From an uncultured Chloroflexia bacterium (GTDB lineage Bacteria > Chloroflexota > Limnocylindria > QHBO01), in NCBI GenBank assembly GCA_963814375.1, contig CAWFCQ010000003.1:64001-128000 (forward strand): a stretch of 64,000 nt of DNA, given 5' to 3'. Under the pieces are notes generated by a model that was not told where the DNA came from, did not search any database, and worked only from the letters and a program-made list of their open reading frames with translations. This document shows positions 9,524 through 20,066 of the stretch, in pieces. Made by a program: the position numbers and the translations under genes. Within the stretch, counting starts at the first letter, position 1. Each line of letters starts with the position of its first letter.

Positions 9524-10846
9524 TTGACCGACTCCCGCCGGCTCACCTACCGCGAGGCCGTCGCCGCTCTCAGCGAACGAGGGCGCTTCGGGATCAGCAT
9601 GGGGCTCGAGCGGGTCGAGCGGCTCATGGCCGAGGTCGGCCATCCCGAACGTGGGCTGCGGGGCGCGCTCGTTGGCGGCACGAACGGCAAGGGCTCGGTC
9701 GTCGCGATGGCTCGGTCCGTGCTCGCGTCGGCGGGACTGCGCGTCGGCACCATGCCGAAACCGCACCTCGTGAGCTACCGCGAGCGGATCGCAATCGACG
9801 GCGTCTCCATCAACCGCGACGACTTCGCGGCGGCGGTCGAGCGCGTGCTGCCCGCCGTGGATCGTGTCGGCGACGAGATCGGGCCGCCGACCGAGTTCGA
9901 GGCGCTCACCGCCGTGGCCATCACCGAGCTCGCGCGGCGCGAGGTCGACCTGGCGCTCGTCGAGGTCGGGATGGGCGGCCGCCTCGATGCGACCAACGTC
10001 CTCGACCTCGGCGTTGCGGCGATCACGAACGTCCAGCTCGATCACGAGGCCTACCTCGGGCCTACCCTGGCTGCCATCGGCGGCGAGAAGGCGCCGATCA
10101 TCAAGCGCGGCAACCTCGCGGTCACCGGCGCGTCCGGTCGCGGCCTCCGTCCGATCCTGGAGCGCTGCCGGACGCTGGAGACTCCGCTGCGCCGAGCCGG
10201 GCCGCGGCAGCCGTATCGAGCCGCGGTGCGCTCGGCCGACTGGGAGGGGATCGTCGTCGACGCCCGGACTCCCCTGCGCCGGCTGCCCGACCTGCGCGTC
10301 GGCCTCCTCGGAGCCCACCAGGCCGCCAATGCCGCGGTTGCGCTGGCACTCGTCGAGGCCATCGGGGAGCGGTGGGGAGTCGAGATCGGCGATGACCACA
10401 TTCGCCGCGGGTTCGCCGAGACGCGATGGCCGGGCCGCCTCGAGCTCATCGACGGCGGCGCGGCGGGCCTCGGCCGCGTGCTGCTGGACGGCGCCCACAA
10501 CCCGGCGGGTGCGCGGGCGCTCGCGGCCGCGCTCACCGAGCTCGGCGTGGCGCGGCCGACGATCGTCTTCGGAGCGATGCGGACGAAGAAGGTGGGCGAG
10601 GTGCTCCGCGCCCTCGCGCCCCTCGCGCCGCGCTTCATCTTCACCCGGGTCGACGATCCCGGGGCGCGCGAGCCTTCCGAGCTGGCAGCGGCCTGGCGCC
10701 GGATCTCGGGCGGGCGGGCACGCACTGCGCCAACGCCCGACGACGCGCTTTCGGTCGCGGGCGGGGATCCGGTCGTGGTCGCCGGCTCGCTGTACCTTGT
10801 CGGCGCGGTGCGCGGCATCCTCACCGGCACCGCGGAGGAGGACTGA
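9524..10846 (+). CDS. folC: Folylpolyglutamate synthase/dihydrofolate synthase
   Basis: GTNGKGS, EVGMGGRLDATN, WPGR, LDGAHNP, GSLYLVG. Confidence 0.94.
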   Translation: MTDSRRLTYREAVAALSERGRFGISMGLERVERLMAEVGHPERGLRGALVGGTNGKGSVVAMARSVLASAGLRVGTMPKPHLVSYRERIAIDGVSINRDDFAAAVERVLPAVDRVGDEIGPPTEFEALTAVAITELARREVDLALVEVGMGGRLDATNVLDLGVAAITNVQLDHEAYLGPTLAAIGGEKAPIIKRGNLAVTGASGRGLRPILERCRTLETPLRRAGPRQPYRAAVRSADWEGIVVDARTPLRRLPDLRVGLLGAHQAANAAVALALVEAIGERWGVEIGDDHIRRGFAETRWPGRLELIDGGAAGLGRVLLDGAHNPAGARALAAALTELGVARPTIVFGAMRTKKVGEVLRALAPLAPRFIFTRVDDPGAREPSELAAAWRRISGGRARTAPTPDDALSVAGGDPVVVAGSLYLVGAVRGILTGTAEED

Positions 10847-11697
10847 TGCCCGTTGACCTCGCGTGGGGCACGAAGACGTACCTGATGGGCATCATCAACG
10901 TGACGCCTGACTCGTTCTCGGGCGACGGGCTGGCCCGAGCCGAGCTGACGGTGGACGAGGTGGTCACCGCGGCGCTGGACCAGGCTCGCGCCTTCGTCGC
11001 CGCGGGAGCCGAGATCGTCGATGTCGGGGCCGAGTCGACCCGCCCGCGCTCGGCCTACGGGGAGCATCCGGAGGTCGACGCCGAGACGGAGGCCGCCCGC
11101 GCGGTGCCGTCGGTCCGCGCCATCGCGGCGGAGCTCGGCCAGAAGGCTCGCGTGAGCATCGACACGAGCAAGGGACCCGTTGCCCGCGAAGCGCTGGCGG
11201 CCGGCGCGACCATCGTCAATGACGTGTGGGCCGCACATCGCGATCCGGGGACGGCCGACGCGGCGGCGGAGGCCGGCGCGCATCTCGTCCTCATGCACAA
11301 CCGGGATGTGGCCGACTACCCCGATGGCGTCTTCAGCGAGGTGTGCCGATGGCTCGAGGGCGCGGTCGAGGCAGCCGTGGGGCGGGGCGTGCCGCGCGAC
11401 CGGCTCATCGTCGACCCCGGCATCGGCTTCGGCAAGGGAACCGAAGAGAACCTCGAGCTGCTCCACCGGCTGGCCGAGCTCAAGGCAGCGCTCGGTGGAC
11501 TGCCGGTCCTGGTCGGGACGAGCCGGAAGCGTTTCCTGGGGGAGCTGCTCGACGGCGCCGGCCCGGAGGACCGCGCGGAGGGGACGGCCGCGACGGTGGC
11601 CCTCGCCATCGCCGCCGGCGCCGATGTCGTTCGCGTGCACGACGTGGCGCACATGGCTCGCACGCGGCGGGTGGCTGACGCCATCATCCGCCGATGA
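10846..11697 (+). CDS. folP: Dihydropteroate synthase
   Basis: MGIINVTPDSFS, ESTRP, SIDT, DPGIGFGK, SRKRF, RVHDV; TGATG coupling to folC. Confidence 0.95.
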   Translation: MPVDLAWGTKTYLMGIINVTPDSFSGDGLARAELTVDEVVTAALDQARAFVAAGAEIVDVGAESTRPRSAYGEHPEVDAETEAARAVPSVRAIAAELGQKARVSIDTSKGPVAREALAAGATIVNDVWAAHRDPGTADAAAEAGAHLVLMHNRDVADYPDGVFSEVCRWLEGAVEAAVGRGVPRDRLIVDPGIGFGKGTEENLELLHRLAELKAALGGLPVLVGTSRKRFLGELLDGAGPEDRAEGTAATVALAIAAGADVVRVHDVAHMARTRRVADAIIRR

Positions 11698-12083
11698 GCG
11701 ATGCGCCGGACCGTCTGAGCCTGCTCGGCATGCGGGTCATGGCCCGCCACGGCGTGCTCGAGCAGGAGCGGCTGACGCCGCAGCCATTCGAGGTCGACCT
11801 CGTGCTCCACGCCGATCTGCGAACCGCCGCGGAGCGCGACGATCTCGCGGCCACCGTGGACTACGGGGCGCTTCACGACCTGGTGCGCACCATCGTCAAG
11901 GGGACGCGGTTCGACCTCATCGAGGCGCTGGCCGGGACGATCGCGACGGCCGTGCTGGATGCCACCGACCCGCGGATCGTCGAGGCAGTCGAGGTCCGCG
12001 TCCGGAAGCCGAACGCCCCGCTGGCCGGTCCCTTCCGCACGGTCGAGGCGGCGCTGCTTCGGCGCCGCCTCGATGGTGCCTGA
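11694..12083 (+). CDS. folB: Dihydroneopterin aldolase
   Basis: HGVLEQE, TVDY, LIEALA, KP motifs. Confidence 0.92.
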   Translation: MSDAPDRLSLLGMRVMARHGVLEQERLTPQPFEVDLVLHADLRTAAERDDLAATVDYGALHDLVRTIVKGTRFDLIEALAGTIATAVLDATDPRIVEAVEVRVRKPNAPLAGPFRTVEAALLRRRLDGA

Positions 12084-12092
12084 TCCGAGCGG

Positions 12093-13373
12093 TCAGTCGG
12101 CCGGAAGCTCTCCCAGGGTGACGTCGATGTTCTCGGTCGAGGAGCCGCGCAGGACGCGCAGGGTGATCGTGTCACCGGGCCGGTGCGGGACGATCAGCAT
12201 CGACAGGTCGGTGCCTGCCTCGAGCTGCTCACCGTCGATCGCGACGATCTGGTCGCCGTCCTGGAGCCCCGCCGCCTCGGCCGGGCTGCCGGAGATGACC
12301 GGCGGCGTGCCATCGGCCGTGCCGACCAGCGCGCCGTAGTCGGCGTTCAGGCCCTCCTGCTCGGCCAGGGCCGGGGTCACCGGCGTGTAGTAGACGCCGA
12401 TCCACGGTCGCGCCAGCGCCTCGCCGTCGACCGCCATCTCCATGATCGGCTTGGCGACGTCGATCGGGATCGAGAAGCCGATCCCCTGGGCCTCCTGGCT
12501 GACCGCGGTGTTGATGCCGATGACCTGGCCGGCGCTGTTGACGAGCGGTCCGCCCGAGTTGCCTGGGTTGATGGCCGCATCGGTCTGGATCAGGTTGCGG
12601 AGCTGCTCGGTGCTCGTCTGGGTCGCATCGGACGCCTGGATCTGACGGCCGAGGCCGGAGACGACACCGGTCGTGACGGTGTTCTCGTAGTCGCCCAGCG
12701 GGTTGCCGATGGCGATGGCCAGCTGGCCGGGCTCGAGGTCGGCCGAGCTGCCGATCGGCGCGAACGGCAGGTCCGAGCCCTCGATCGTCACGATGGCGAG
12801 GTCGGTGAGGGTGTCGATGCCGTACACGGTGCCGGGGAACTGGCGACCGTCGTTGAGGATGACCACGATATCGTCGGCGTCCTCGACGACGTGGCGGTTG
12901 GTGAGGATGAAGCCGTCGGCGTCGTAGATGAAGCCCGAGCCGGAGCCGGTCGTGCCGCCACCGAAGATGTCACCGCTCGAGCTCTGGATCGTGACCACCG
13001 ATGGCGCGACCTTGTTGACGGCGGTGATCACCGCGCTCGACTCGTTGATCGCCAGGTCCTGGACGGTCGTGGCGTCGGACCCGGTGGTCTGCGGGATCTC
13101 GGCCGATGGCTCGGCCATGAGGTTCGCGACCCCGACCGCCGAGAGGGCGCCGGAGAGGATGCCGGCAACCACCGCGATCGCGACCACCGCCACCGCGCCC
13201 ATCCCGCGCGAGCCACGCGCGGGTCGCGGCGGCTCCGGTGGGCGGCTCGTCCACGTCTGCGCCTCCTCCGGCGCTGCCCGGTACGGCGCGCGGCTGGGGA
13301 CGGGTCCGTAGTGCTGGACCTCGACCGGCTCGGTCGGGTCTCGCTCGATGCTGTGGCCTGGTTCGTGAGTCAT
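12093..13373 (-). CDS. htrA: HtrA/DegP-family serine protease with PDZ domain
   Basis: TM, TNRHVV, DLA, GNSGGPL, C-terminal PDZ. Confidence 0.92.
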   Translation of the reverse strand: MTHEPGHSIERDPTEPVEVQHYGPVPSRAPYRAAPEEAQTWTSRPPEPPRPARGSRGMGAVAVVAIAVVAGILSGALSAVGVANLMAEPSAEIPQTTGSDATTVQDLAINESSAVITAVNKVAPSVVTIQSSSGDIFGGGTTGSGSGFIYDADGFILTNRHVVEDADDIVVILNDGRQFPGTVYGIDTLTDLAIVTIEGSDLPFAPIGSSADLEPGQLAIAIGNPLGDYENTVTTGVVSGLGRQIQASDATQTSTEQLRNLIQTDAAINPGNSGGPLVNSAGQVIGINTAVSQEAQGIGFSIPIDVAKPIMEMAVDGEALARPWIGVYYTPVTPALAEQEGLNADYGALVGTADGTPPVISGSPAEAAGLQDGDQIVAIDGEQLEAGTDLSMLIVPHRPGDTITLRVLRGSSTENIDVTLGELPAD

Positions 13374-13418
13374 CGGTCTATTCAGATCCTTCTAGCTGCC
13401 TCGCCGGGCGGGCAACGC

Positions 13419-15002
13419 TCAACCTACGGTCCCTGGATTGCGCTCAGGACGGCCGGCGCGTGAAGTTTCGTTGACCTTGGGCGCGTCCTCCCCGGCCGGC
13501 GGACCGCCATCACGAGGCAGGCTGATCCGGAACTCGGTGCCCTTCCCAACCTCGCTGGCAAGGTCGATGCTGCCGCCGTGCATCTCCACGATCGAGCGCA
13601 CGATCGCCAGGCCGAGGCCGCTGCCCGACGCCCTCGCCTCCCCCGTGTTGGTCCCGCGGTAGAACCGATCGAAGATGCGCGGCAGCTCATCGGTGGGGAT
13701 CCCGGGGCCCGTGTCGCTGACCTCGATGAGAGCTTCGTCGGCACCGGTCTTGAGACGCACCGATACGGCACCGCCGCGTGGCGTGAACTTCAGGGCGTTG
13801 CCGATGAGGTTGGTCATGAGCTGCACGATTCGCTCGCGGTCGAAGCGGGCCACGACCGGCTCGGCCGGAACCGCCGAGTCCAGTGCCACGCCGCGCTCCA
13901 CGGCCACCTCGGAGAGCGCCTGCACCACGGCCTGGACGGGGTCGCGCAGATCGCCGTCCCGGATATCGAGTGGGAAGATGCCGGCGTCGATGCGCGACAG
14001 GTCGAGCAGGTTGGTGCTGAGCCACTCGAGCCTTCCGATCTGCTCGGTGGAGCGCTCGAGGAACTCGCGACGGGTCGCCTCGTCGGTGTCGTCGTTCGAG
14101 AGGAGCTCGGTGTAGACCCGAAGTGCCGCGATCGGCGTGCGCAGCTCGTGGCTGACGTCGGCGACGAACTCGCGGAGCCGGTCGCGGTCCGCCTCGAGCA
14201 TTCGCAGGGTGCCCGACAGCCGATCGGCCATGACGTTGAACTGCTGGCCGAGCTCATCGATCTCGAGAACGCCGGAGGGGACGGCGCGCTCGTCGAGCTG
14301 GCCCTGCGCCACGCGCCCGGCAACGCCGCGGAGCCGGCTGATCGGGACGGTCAGCGACCGCGCGGCGATGATGCCCGTCACCAGCGACGCCAGCAGGGCG
14401 AGCAGCCCTGCCCCGACCAGCGCGCTGCGGATCTGCTCGAGCGTCTCCTCGCGGGTCGTGTACGGCTCGCTCACGGTAACCGCGTAGCGCGTCTGGGAGC
14501 CATCCGGCAGGTCGACCGCCACGTTGGCAGTGACCGGCGAGACGTCGGTGTCGCGTCGCAGCCCCTGCGCCTCGAGCGCCTCCGGGTCCGACGGGCTCGA
14601 CTCGGCGACCTCGCGACCGGACGCGTTCTCGATCGTGACCGTGGCGTTGAAGATCTCGGCGGAGGTCTCAGCCACCGGCGGGACCACGATCGTGTCGCGC
14701 GTCTCCTCGGTGATCACGACGTTCGGCTGCGTGTCGCCAACCTGGCTGATTCGCTGGCGCAGCAGGATGCCGCTCGAGGCCGCGGCGGTCTGGATCCGCT
14801 CCTCGGTCTGCTCGATGAAGTAGCCCGGCAGGATCTGGTTGATGGCGACGCCGGATACGAGCAGACCGACGAGGGCGACGATGGCGAGCGCCCCCACGAG
14901 CCGGACGTTGAGCCGGCCCAGCAGTGCGCCGGTGCTGCGAGGATCGAAGCTCGCCCAGCGACTGGCGACGGTGCGGTCGGCGTCAGTCCTCGGCGAAGGC
15001 AT
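13419..15002 (-). CDS. Sensor histidine kinase (HAMP-HisKA-HATPase); start uncertain
   Basis: SHELRTP, NLIGNALKF, DTGPG, GSGLGL. Confidence 0.9.
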   Translation of the reverse strand: MPSPRTDADRTVASRWASFDPRSTGALLGRLNVRLVGALAIVALVGLLVSGVAINQILPGYFIEQTEERIQTAAASSGILLRQRISQVGDTQPNVVITEETRDTIVVPPVAETSAEIFNATVTIENASGREVAESSPSDPEALEAQGLRRDTDVSPVTANVAVDLPDGSQTRYAVTVSEPYTTREETLEQIRSALVGAGLLALLASLVTGIIAARSLTVPISRLRGVAGRVAQGQLDERAVPSGVLEIDELGQQFNVMADRLSGTLRMLEADRDRLREFVADVSHELRTPIAALRVYTELLSNDDTDEATRREFLERSTEQIGRLEWLSTNLLDLSRIDAGIFPLDIRDGDLRDPVQAVVQALSEVAVERGVALDSAVPAEPVVARFDRERIVQLMTNLIGNALKFTPRGGAVSVRLKTGADEALIEVSDTGPGIPTDELPRIFDRFYRGTNTGEARASGSGLGLAIVRSIVEMHGGSIDLASEVGKGTEFRISLPRDGGPPAGEDAPKVNETSRAGRPERNPGTVG

Positions 15003-15681
15003 AGCCGACGCCCCTGACCGTTCGGATGTAGCGCGGCTGCGAGGGATCGGGCTCGATCTTGTCGCGGATGTGGCTGATGTGGACGTTGATCGTGCGCTCG
15101 TCCTGCTCGAGCGCATCGTCGTAGTCACGCACCAGCTCGAGCAGCTGAGCACGGGTGTAGACGCGTCCCGGCCTCGCCGCCAGGTGGCGGAGCAGATCGA
15201 ACTCGGTCGTCGTCAGGCCGATGCGCTCGCCGCCGCGCGTGATCCTGCGGCGCTCGAGGTCGATGACGAGGTCGCCGCGGCGCAGGGTGCGCCCGGTCTG
15301 CGTGTCTGCCAGCTCGCCGTAGGCGCGGCGCAGCAGCGCCTTGATGCGGGTGACGAGCTCGCGCACGCTGAACGGCTTGACGAGGTAGTCATCGGCGCCC
15401 ATCTCCAGCCCGACCACCTTGTCGACCTCGTCGGCGCGGGCCGTCAGGAAGAGGACCGGCGCGCGCGTCTCGCGTCGCAGCTGGCGGAGCACTTCGAAGC
15501 CGTCGATCCCCGGCAGCCGAACGTCGAGGATGACGAGGTCGGGCGCGGCATCGGCGAAGTTCGCGATCGCATCCTCGCCGGTGGGCTGGACGCTGACCTC
15601 GTATCCCTCGCGCTCGAGAGCAACCTGCACGCCCCGAGCGACGGCGGGCTCGTCCTCGACGATCATGATCGTGCCGGCCAT
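14983..15681 (-). CDS. OmpR/PhoB-family response regulator
   Basis: IVEDE, LDVRLP, GADDYLVKPF, TVRGVGY. Confidence 0.93.
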   Translation of the reverse strand: MAGTIMIVEDEPAVARGVQVALEREGYEVSVQPTGEDAIANFADAAPDLVILDVRLPGIDGFEVLRQLRRETRAPVLFLTARADEVDKVVGLEMGADDYLVKPFSVRELVTRIKALLRRAYGELADTQTGRTLRRGDLVIDLERRRITRGGERIGLTTTEFDLLRHLAARPGRVYTRAQLLELVRDYDDALEQDERTINVHISHIRDKIEPDPSQPRYIRTVRGVGYAFAED

Positions 15682-15737
15682 GCGGCGCAGTATAGGAACG
15701 AACGCGCCCGGATCGGCTTCTGCCCGCTGAAGAACGC

Positions 15738-17042
15738 TCAATCTCCGAGGGCGAGCGCCGCCTCGAGTGCCGGGTCGCGCCCGGCGAAGAAGTCGGCGGC
15801 GGTGACCGGGAACGCCGGCGTCGGCTCGATCGTGAGCCGCGGGTCGTCGGGCTCGGCGAACTGCCAATAGCGCGTGCTGACGCCGACCTGCATCGGAACC
15901 GGGAGCGCGTCCAGCGTGACCCAGCGGACGTCGTCCCAGAAGTTCAGCCCGCCGCCCATCGCCTCGCCGATAAAGGTCGCGTCGGTGCTCTGCTCGATCT
16001 GGGTGGCCAGGTTGGCCGCGGCCGAGAAGGTGACCCGGTCGGTGAGGACGACGAGCCGGCCGGGATTGGCGCCGGCGAAGTCCTGGACCAGGCGGAGAAG
16101 GGGCCCGAACGTCGTGTTGTCGCCGCCGGGGTTCTGGCGGAGATCGAGGACCAGGTCTTCGACCTCGCCGGCGTCGAGACGGGCGCGAGCCTCGCCGACG
16201 TCCGGCGGCACGACCGCCCGATATCGAATGTAGAGCGTCGCCGGGTCGATCGCCTCCACCGTGACCGGCTCGGGCGCGGTGAGGTAGCGGACGCGCGCGT
16301 CCGCCGGCAGCTGGATCATGCCCAGCCCGCCCGCCCACGACACGTAGTCGGCGAACGCGATCGGCTCCAGGTCGAAGCTCGCGCTCGCGCCTCCGGGCAT
16401 CTCCACCGTCACCGGGACCGGCCCGTCGCCGATGAGCCCCAACCCGCGCAGCACCTCGGTGCGCAGCAGGAAGGCGGGCCTGAAAGTCGGCACCGTGGCC
16501 GGCCCGTCACGCGGCACGAGCGGCTCGAGAGCGTCCAGCACCTCGTCGACGGGGGTGCCGTTGATCGCCGAGATGCGGGAGCCGATGAGCTCCTCGTGGG
16601 GCGGTGCCGCATCGGTCACGAAGAGGCCCTCGTCGAACTCGTAGACGCGAAGCGGGAGCGCGTCGCCCTCGTTGCCAGGCTGCGGCCAGGCGAACTGGTG
16701 CCCGTCGCGGCCCTCGCGGCTGAGCAACGCGACGACGCGCATGAGCTCGACGACCGCCTCGTCGGCGGTGAGACCCGGGAGCCGGCGCTCGTACCCTTCA
16801 AGCTCCGCGACGAACTCGCCACGCGTGATGCCGTGGTACGCGGCGGGGTGCACGGTGTCGAGCGCCTCGAGCAGCGCCTCGAGATCGGCGGCAACGGGGT
16901 CGACGGAAGCGGCCGGCGATGGGAAGCCGGTCGGCTGGCCGTCGGCAGGGCTGGCGTCGGGGGTCGCGGATGGCGTCGCACCGCCGCATCCCACCAGAGC
17001 TGTGCAGAGCGCGACCAGGGGCAGCAGGCGAGAGCGTCGCAT
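15738..17042 (-). CDS. Lipoprotein with peptidase S41-like domain
   Basis: Lipobox LVGC; DLRQNPGG and TFSAA motifs. Confidence 0.7.
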   Translation of the reverse strand: MRRSRLLPLVALCTALVGCGGATPSATPDASPADGQPTGFPSPAASVDPVAADLEALLEALDTVHPAAYHGITRGEFVAELEGYERRLPGLTADEAVVELMRVVALLSREGRDGHQFAWPQPGNEGDALPLRVYEFDEGLFVTDAAPPHEELIGSRISAINGTPVDEVLDALEPLVPRDGPATVPTFRPAFLLRTEVLRGLGLIGDGPVPVTVEMPGGASASFDLEPIAFADYVSWAGGLGMIQLPADARVRYLTAPEPVTVEAIDPATLYIRYRAVVPPDVGEARARLDAGEVEDLVLDLRQNPGGDNTTFGPLLRLVQDFAGANPGRLVVLTDRVTFSAAANLATQIEQSTDATFIGEAMGGGLNFWDDVRWVTLDALPVPMQVGVSTRYWQFAEPDDPRLTIEPTPAFPVTAADFFAGRDPALEAALALGD

Positions 17043-17224
17043 CGACTTGCGGACCATTCGCTGCTCATACGTCGAGAGCGGACGATACGTTCGATCCGAT
17101 CGGGTGGCTGCTTGCCCGCGATCGGGCCGCGCGGTACCATGCCGCCTCGCAGCACGGCAGATCGCGCGATCGGCGCTGCCCGGCGGGCGAGGCACCCCGA
17201 CACGAGAGAGGATCACCACCACCG

Positions 17225-17920
17225 ATGGACCTGGAGCTCACCCTCAACGCGCGCGAGGCGCACGGCAAGGCCAACAAGCGGCTGCGCCGCGATGGCATCG
17301 TGCCGGGCATCGTCTTCGGCAAGGGCGAGCCGTCCACCCCGGTCCAGGTCGACATCAAGTCCTTCGAGACGCTCTACCGCAGCGCGGGTCGGACCCAGGT
17401 GGTGCAGCTCAAGTTCCCCGGCCAGACCACCGCGACCAGCGGGATCATCAAGAGCGTCCAGCGCCACCCGCTCGGTGGCAGCCCGATCCACGTCGACTTC
17501 TTCCTCGTCAACCTCAAGCAGGAGATGGAGATCGACGTCCCGCTCACTTTCGTCGGTGAGGCGCCCGCGGTCGAGGAGACCGGCGGCACCCTGCTCCACA
17601 ACCTGTCGAGCATCCACGTCAAGGCGCTGCCGAATGACATCCCGCAGGAGGTCGTGGTGGACGTCTCGGTCCTCACCAGCCTGGACGTGGCCATTCACGT
17701 CAAGGACCTCAATCTCAACCGCGACCTCGTCCACGTCCTGACCGATGGCGAGACGCTCGTCTCGACCGTGGTTCCGCCGCGGGTCGAGGAGGAGCCGGAG
17801 CCGGTCCTGGTCGAGGGCGAGGAGCTCGAGGGCGAGGGCGCCGAAGGCGCCGAGGGCGAGGCCCCGGCCGAGGGCGAAGGCGCAGAGGGTGCCGCGGGCG
17901 AGGACTCCTCCGAGTCCTGA
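17225..17920 (+). CDS. rplY: 50S ribosomal protein L25/Ctc
   Basis: RLRRDGIVPGIVFG, VQRHP...HVDF, acidic tail. Confidence 0.93.
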   Translation: MDLELTLNAREAHGKANKRLRRDGIVPGIVFGKGEPSTPVQVDIKSFETLYRSAGRTQVVQLKFPGQTTATSGIIKSVQRHPLGGSPIHVDFFLVNLKQEMEIDVPLTFVGEAPAVEETGGTLLHNLSSIHVKALPNDIPQEVVVDVSVLTSLDVAIHVKDLNLNRDLVHVLTDGETLVSTVVPPRVEEEPEPVLVEGEELEGEGAEGAEGEAPAEGEGAEGAAGEDSSES

Positions 17921-18041
17921 ACCGGTCGCGACCGTCGGCATCCGACCAGCCGTCAGCGCTGGAGTGCGCCCGCATGAGCCTCGGCTGCGGACCGCCTTCG
18001 CGAGAACGCACCCCAAGGTGGATCTGCGCGACCGATCGCGA

Positions 18042-18962
18042 TTACTCGGCGATGAGCGCCTGGACCTCCGCCCTGATCGCCTCGACGTCCGGCTCGAGGA
18101 TGTAACCCCGGCCGTCGCCTCGATCGCCCTCGAAGGTGATGAGCGGCGGCTGGATTACGAGGTTCTGGACCTCAGCCTCGCCGGCCAGGCGGGCCAGCTC
18201 CATGAGTGTCGGGAGCTCCTCGAGTGGCAGATCCGACTCGAGCGAGTCGAGGCCGTCGAGGAGGGCCGTGATGTCGAGCTCCGCCTCAGGGTCGACGAGC
18301 CGCTGGACGAGGTCGACGACGACCTCTTGCTGACGTCCCATGCGCCCGTAGTCCTGGTCGACGCGCGTTCGGACATATCCCAGCGCGGTGGGCCCATCCA
18401 GGATCTGCTCACCTGCCGGGATGTCGACCCCGGCCGCCGGATCAACGAGTGGCGCCGGCGGGTTGACCTCGACGCCGCCAACCCCGTCCACCAGTGAGCT
18501 GAAGTCATCCATGTCGAGCACGATGTAGCCGTCCATTGTCACGCCGTAGAGCGTCTCCATCGCGCCGACGAGCACCTCGATGCCCTGCTCGCGGTAGAGC
18601 CCGTTGATCTTGCGCGGATAGGTCGTGCCATCCGCCAGCGGCACGTCGACGGTGTCGCGCGGCAGCGATACGAGCGTCAGCTTGGATTGATCCGCGGAGA
18701 GGCTGACGAACATGAGCGCGTCCGTGTTCGCCGGGTCGCCCGCATCGGCGCGGGCCTGGTTCACGTCGGTGCCCACGTAGACAACGTTCCAGGCTTGCTC
18801 GAGCAGGGCCGCGTTGAGCGACGGCGATGGCGAGGCCGACGCACTGGCCGATGCCGACGGGCTCGCCTCGGGTTCGGATCCGCCGCCGAAGACCAGGAAC
18901 CCGACGATCACCGCGGCCACGAGCAGGACGCCGCCGATGATCAGCGCGGGGGTACGTTGCAT
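18042..18962 (-). CDS. LytR-CpsA-Psr (LCP) family protein
   Basis: TM, NTDALM, SLPRDT, KIN, YVRTR..DYGRMGRQQ. Confidence 0.88.
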   Translation of the reverse strand: MQRTPALIIGGVLLVAAVIVGFLVFGGGSEPEASPSASASASASPSPSLNAALLEQAWNVVYVGTDVNQARADAGDPANTDALMFVSLSADQSKLTLVSLPRDTVDVPLADGTTYPRKINGLYREQGIEVLVGAMETLYGVTMDGYIVLDMDDFSSLVDGVGGVEVNPPAPLVDPAAGVDIPAGEQILDGPTALGYVRTRVDQDYGRMGRQQEVVVDLVQRLVDPEAELDITALLDGLDSLESDLPLEELPTLMELARLAGEAEVQNLVIQPPLITFEGDRGDGRGYILEPDVEAIRAEVQALIAE

Positions 18963-19004
18963 CTGCTCATTGTCGCCGGATTCCCGGTGGCATGATCCGC
19001 TTGC

Positions 19005-20054
19005 ATGACCGAGGCCGCCCATCCCATCACCGTCGCGGAATACGAGCCGCTGGCGCGCGAACGTATGGAGCGCGGGCCGTGGGACTACCAGGCCGGCGGC
19101 GCCGGCGACGAGCGCAGCATGGCCGACAGCCGGGCGGCGTGGGATCGCCTCCGCCTGCGGCCGCGCGTGCTGGTCGACGTCTCGACGCGCGACCTGGGAG
19201 CGACCGCATTCGGCATTGCGCTCGACCACCCGATCGTGGTGGCACCGACGGCGAACCACCAGCTGGCCCACACGGATGCGGAGCTCGGCACCGCTCGCGG
19301 CGCCGCTGCGGCCGGGGCGGTGTACACGCTGTCGACCATCTCATCGGTGCCGATGGAGGAGGTTGCCGCAGCGGCTCCAGGCGCGCCCCGCTGGTTCCAG
19401 CTGTACGCGCCCTCGGATCGCGATGCCTGCCAGGCCCTGATCGAGCGCGCGGCCGCCGCGGGCTACTCGGCCGTCGCGCTGACCGTCGACCTGCCCCTGC
19501 CGGGGAACCGCGAGCGAGATCGTCGCAACGACTTCGCCGTGGATCTTGGCGTTCACCTGCCCGAGGAGCAGCCGGTCGACCCGGACACCGGCCTCGTGAT
19601 CCTGCCGACGATGGATTGGGACGAGCTCGCATGGATGCGGACCGTCTGCCCGATCCCGCTGGTGGTCAAGGGTGTCCTGCGCGCCGATGACGCGGTGCGC
19701 GCCGTCGAGGCCGGCTGCGATGGCATCTGGGTGAGCAACCACGGCGGGCGCCAGCTCGACACCTCGGTCGCTCCGATCGACGCCTTGCCGCCGATCGCCG
19801 AGGCGGTCGGCGATCGCACGGTCTTGATCGTCGACGGCGGCGTGCGGCGCGGGATCGACGTCCTCAAGGGCATCGCGCTCGGTGCCGATCTCGTCGCCAT
19901 CGGCCGACCGGCGCTGTGGGGCCTCGCCGTGGACGGGGCGGACGGGGTCCGGCGCGTGATCGAGCTGCTGCGGGACGAGCTGTCGCTGGCGATGGCCCTC
20001 ACCGGGGCCCGGACGCTGTCCGACATCACGCCCGACCTTGTCATGACCCGCTAA
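19005..20054 (+). CDS. FMN-dependent alpha-hydroxy acid oxidase
   Basis: WFQLY, LTVD, VVKG, SNHGGRQLD, DGGVRRG. Confidence 0.92.
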   Translation: MTEAAHPITVAEYEPLARERMERGPWDYQAGGAGDERSMADSRAAWDRLRLRPRVLVDVSTRDLGATAFGIALDHPIVVAPTANHQLAHTDAELGTARGAAAAGAVYTLSTISSVPMEEVAAAAPGAPRWFQLYAPSDRDACQALIERAAAAGYSAVALTVDLPLPGNRERDRRNDFAVDLGVHLPEEQPVDPDTGLVILPTMDWDELAWMRTVCPIPLVVKGVLRADDAVRAVEAGCDGIWVSNHGGRQLDTSVAPIDALPPIAEAVGDRTVLIVDGGVRRGIDVLKGIALGADLVAIGRPALWGLAVDGADGVRRVIELLRDELSLAMALTGARTLSDITPDLVMTR

Positions 20055-20066
20055 CCTGCCCAGACA

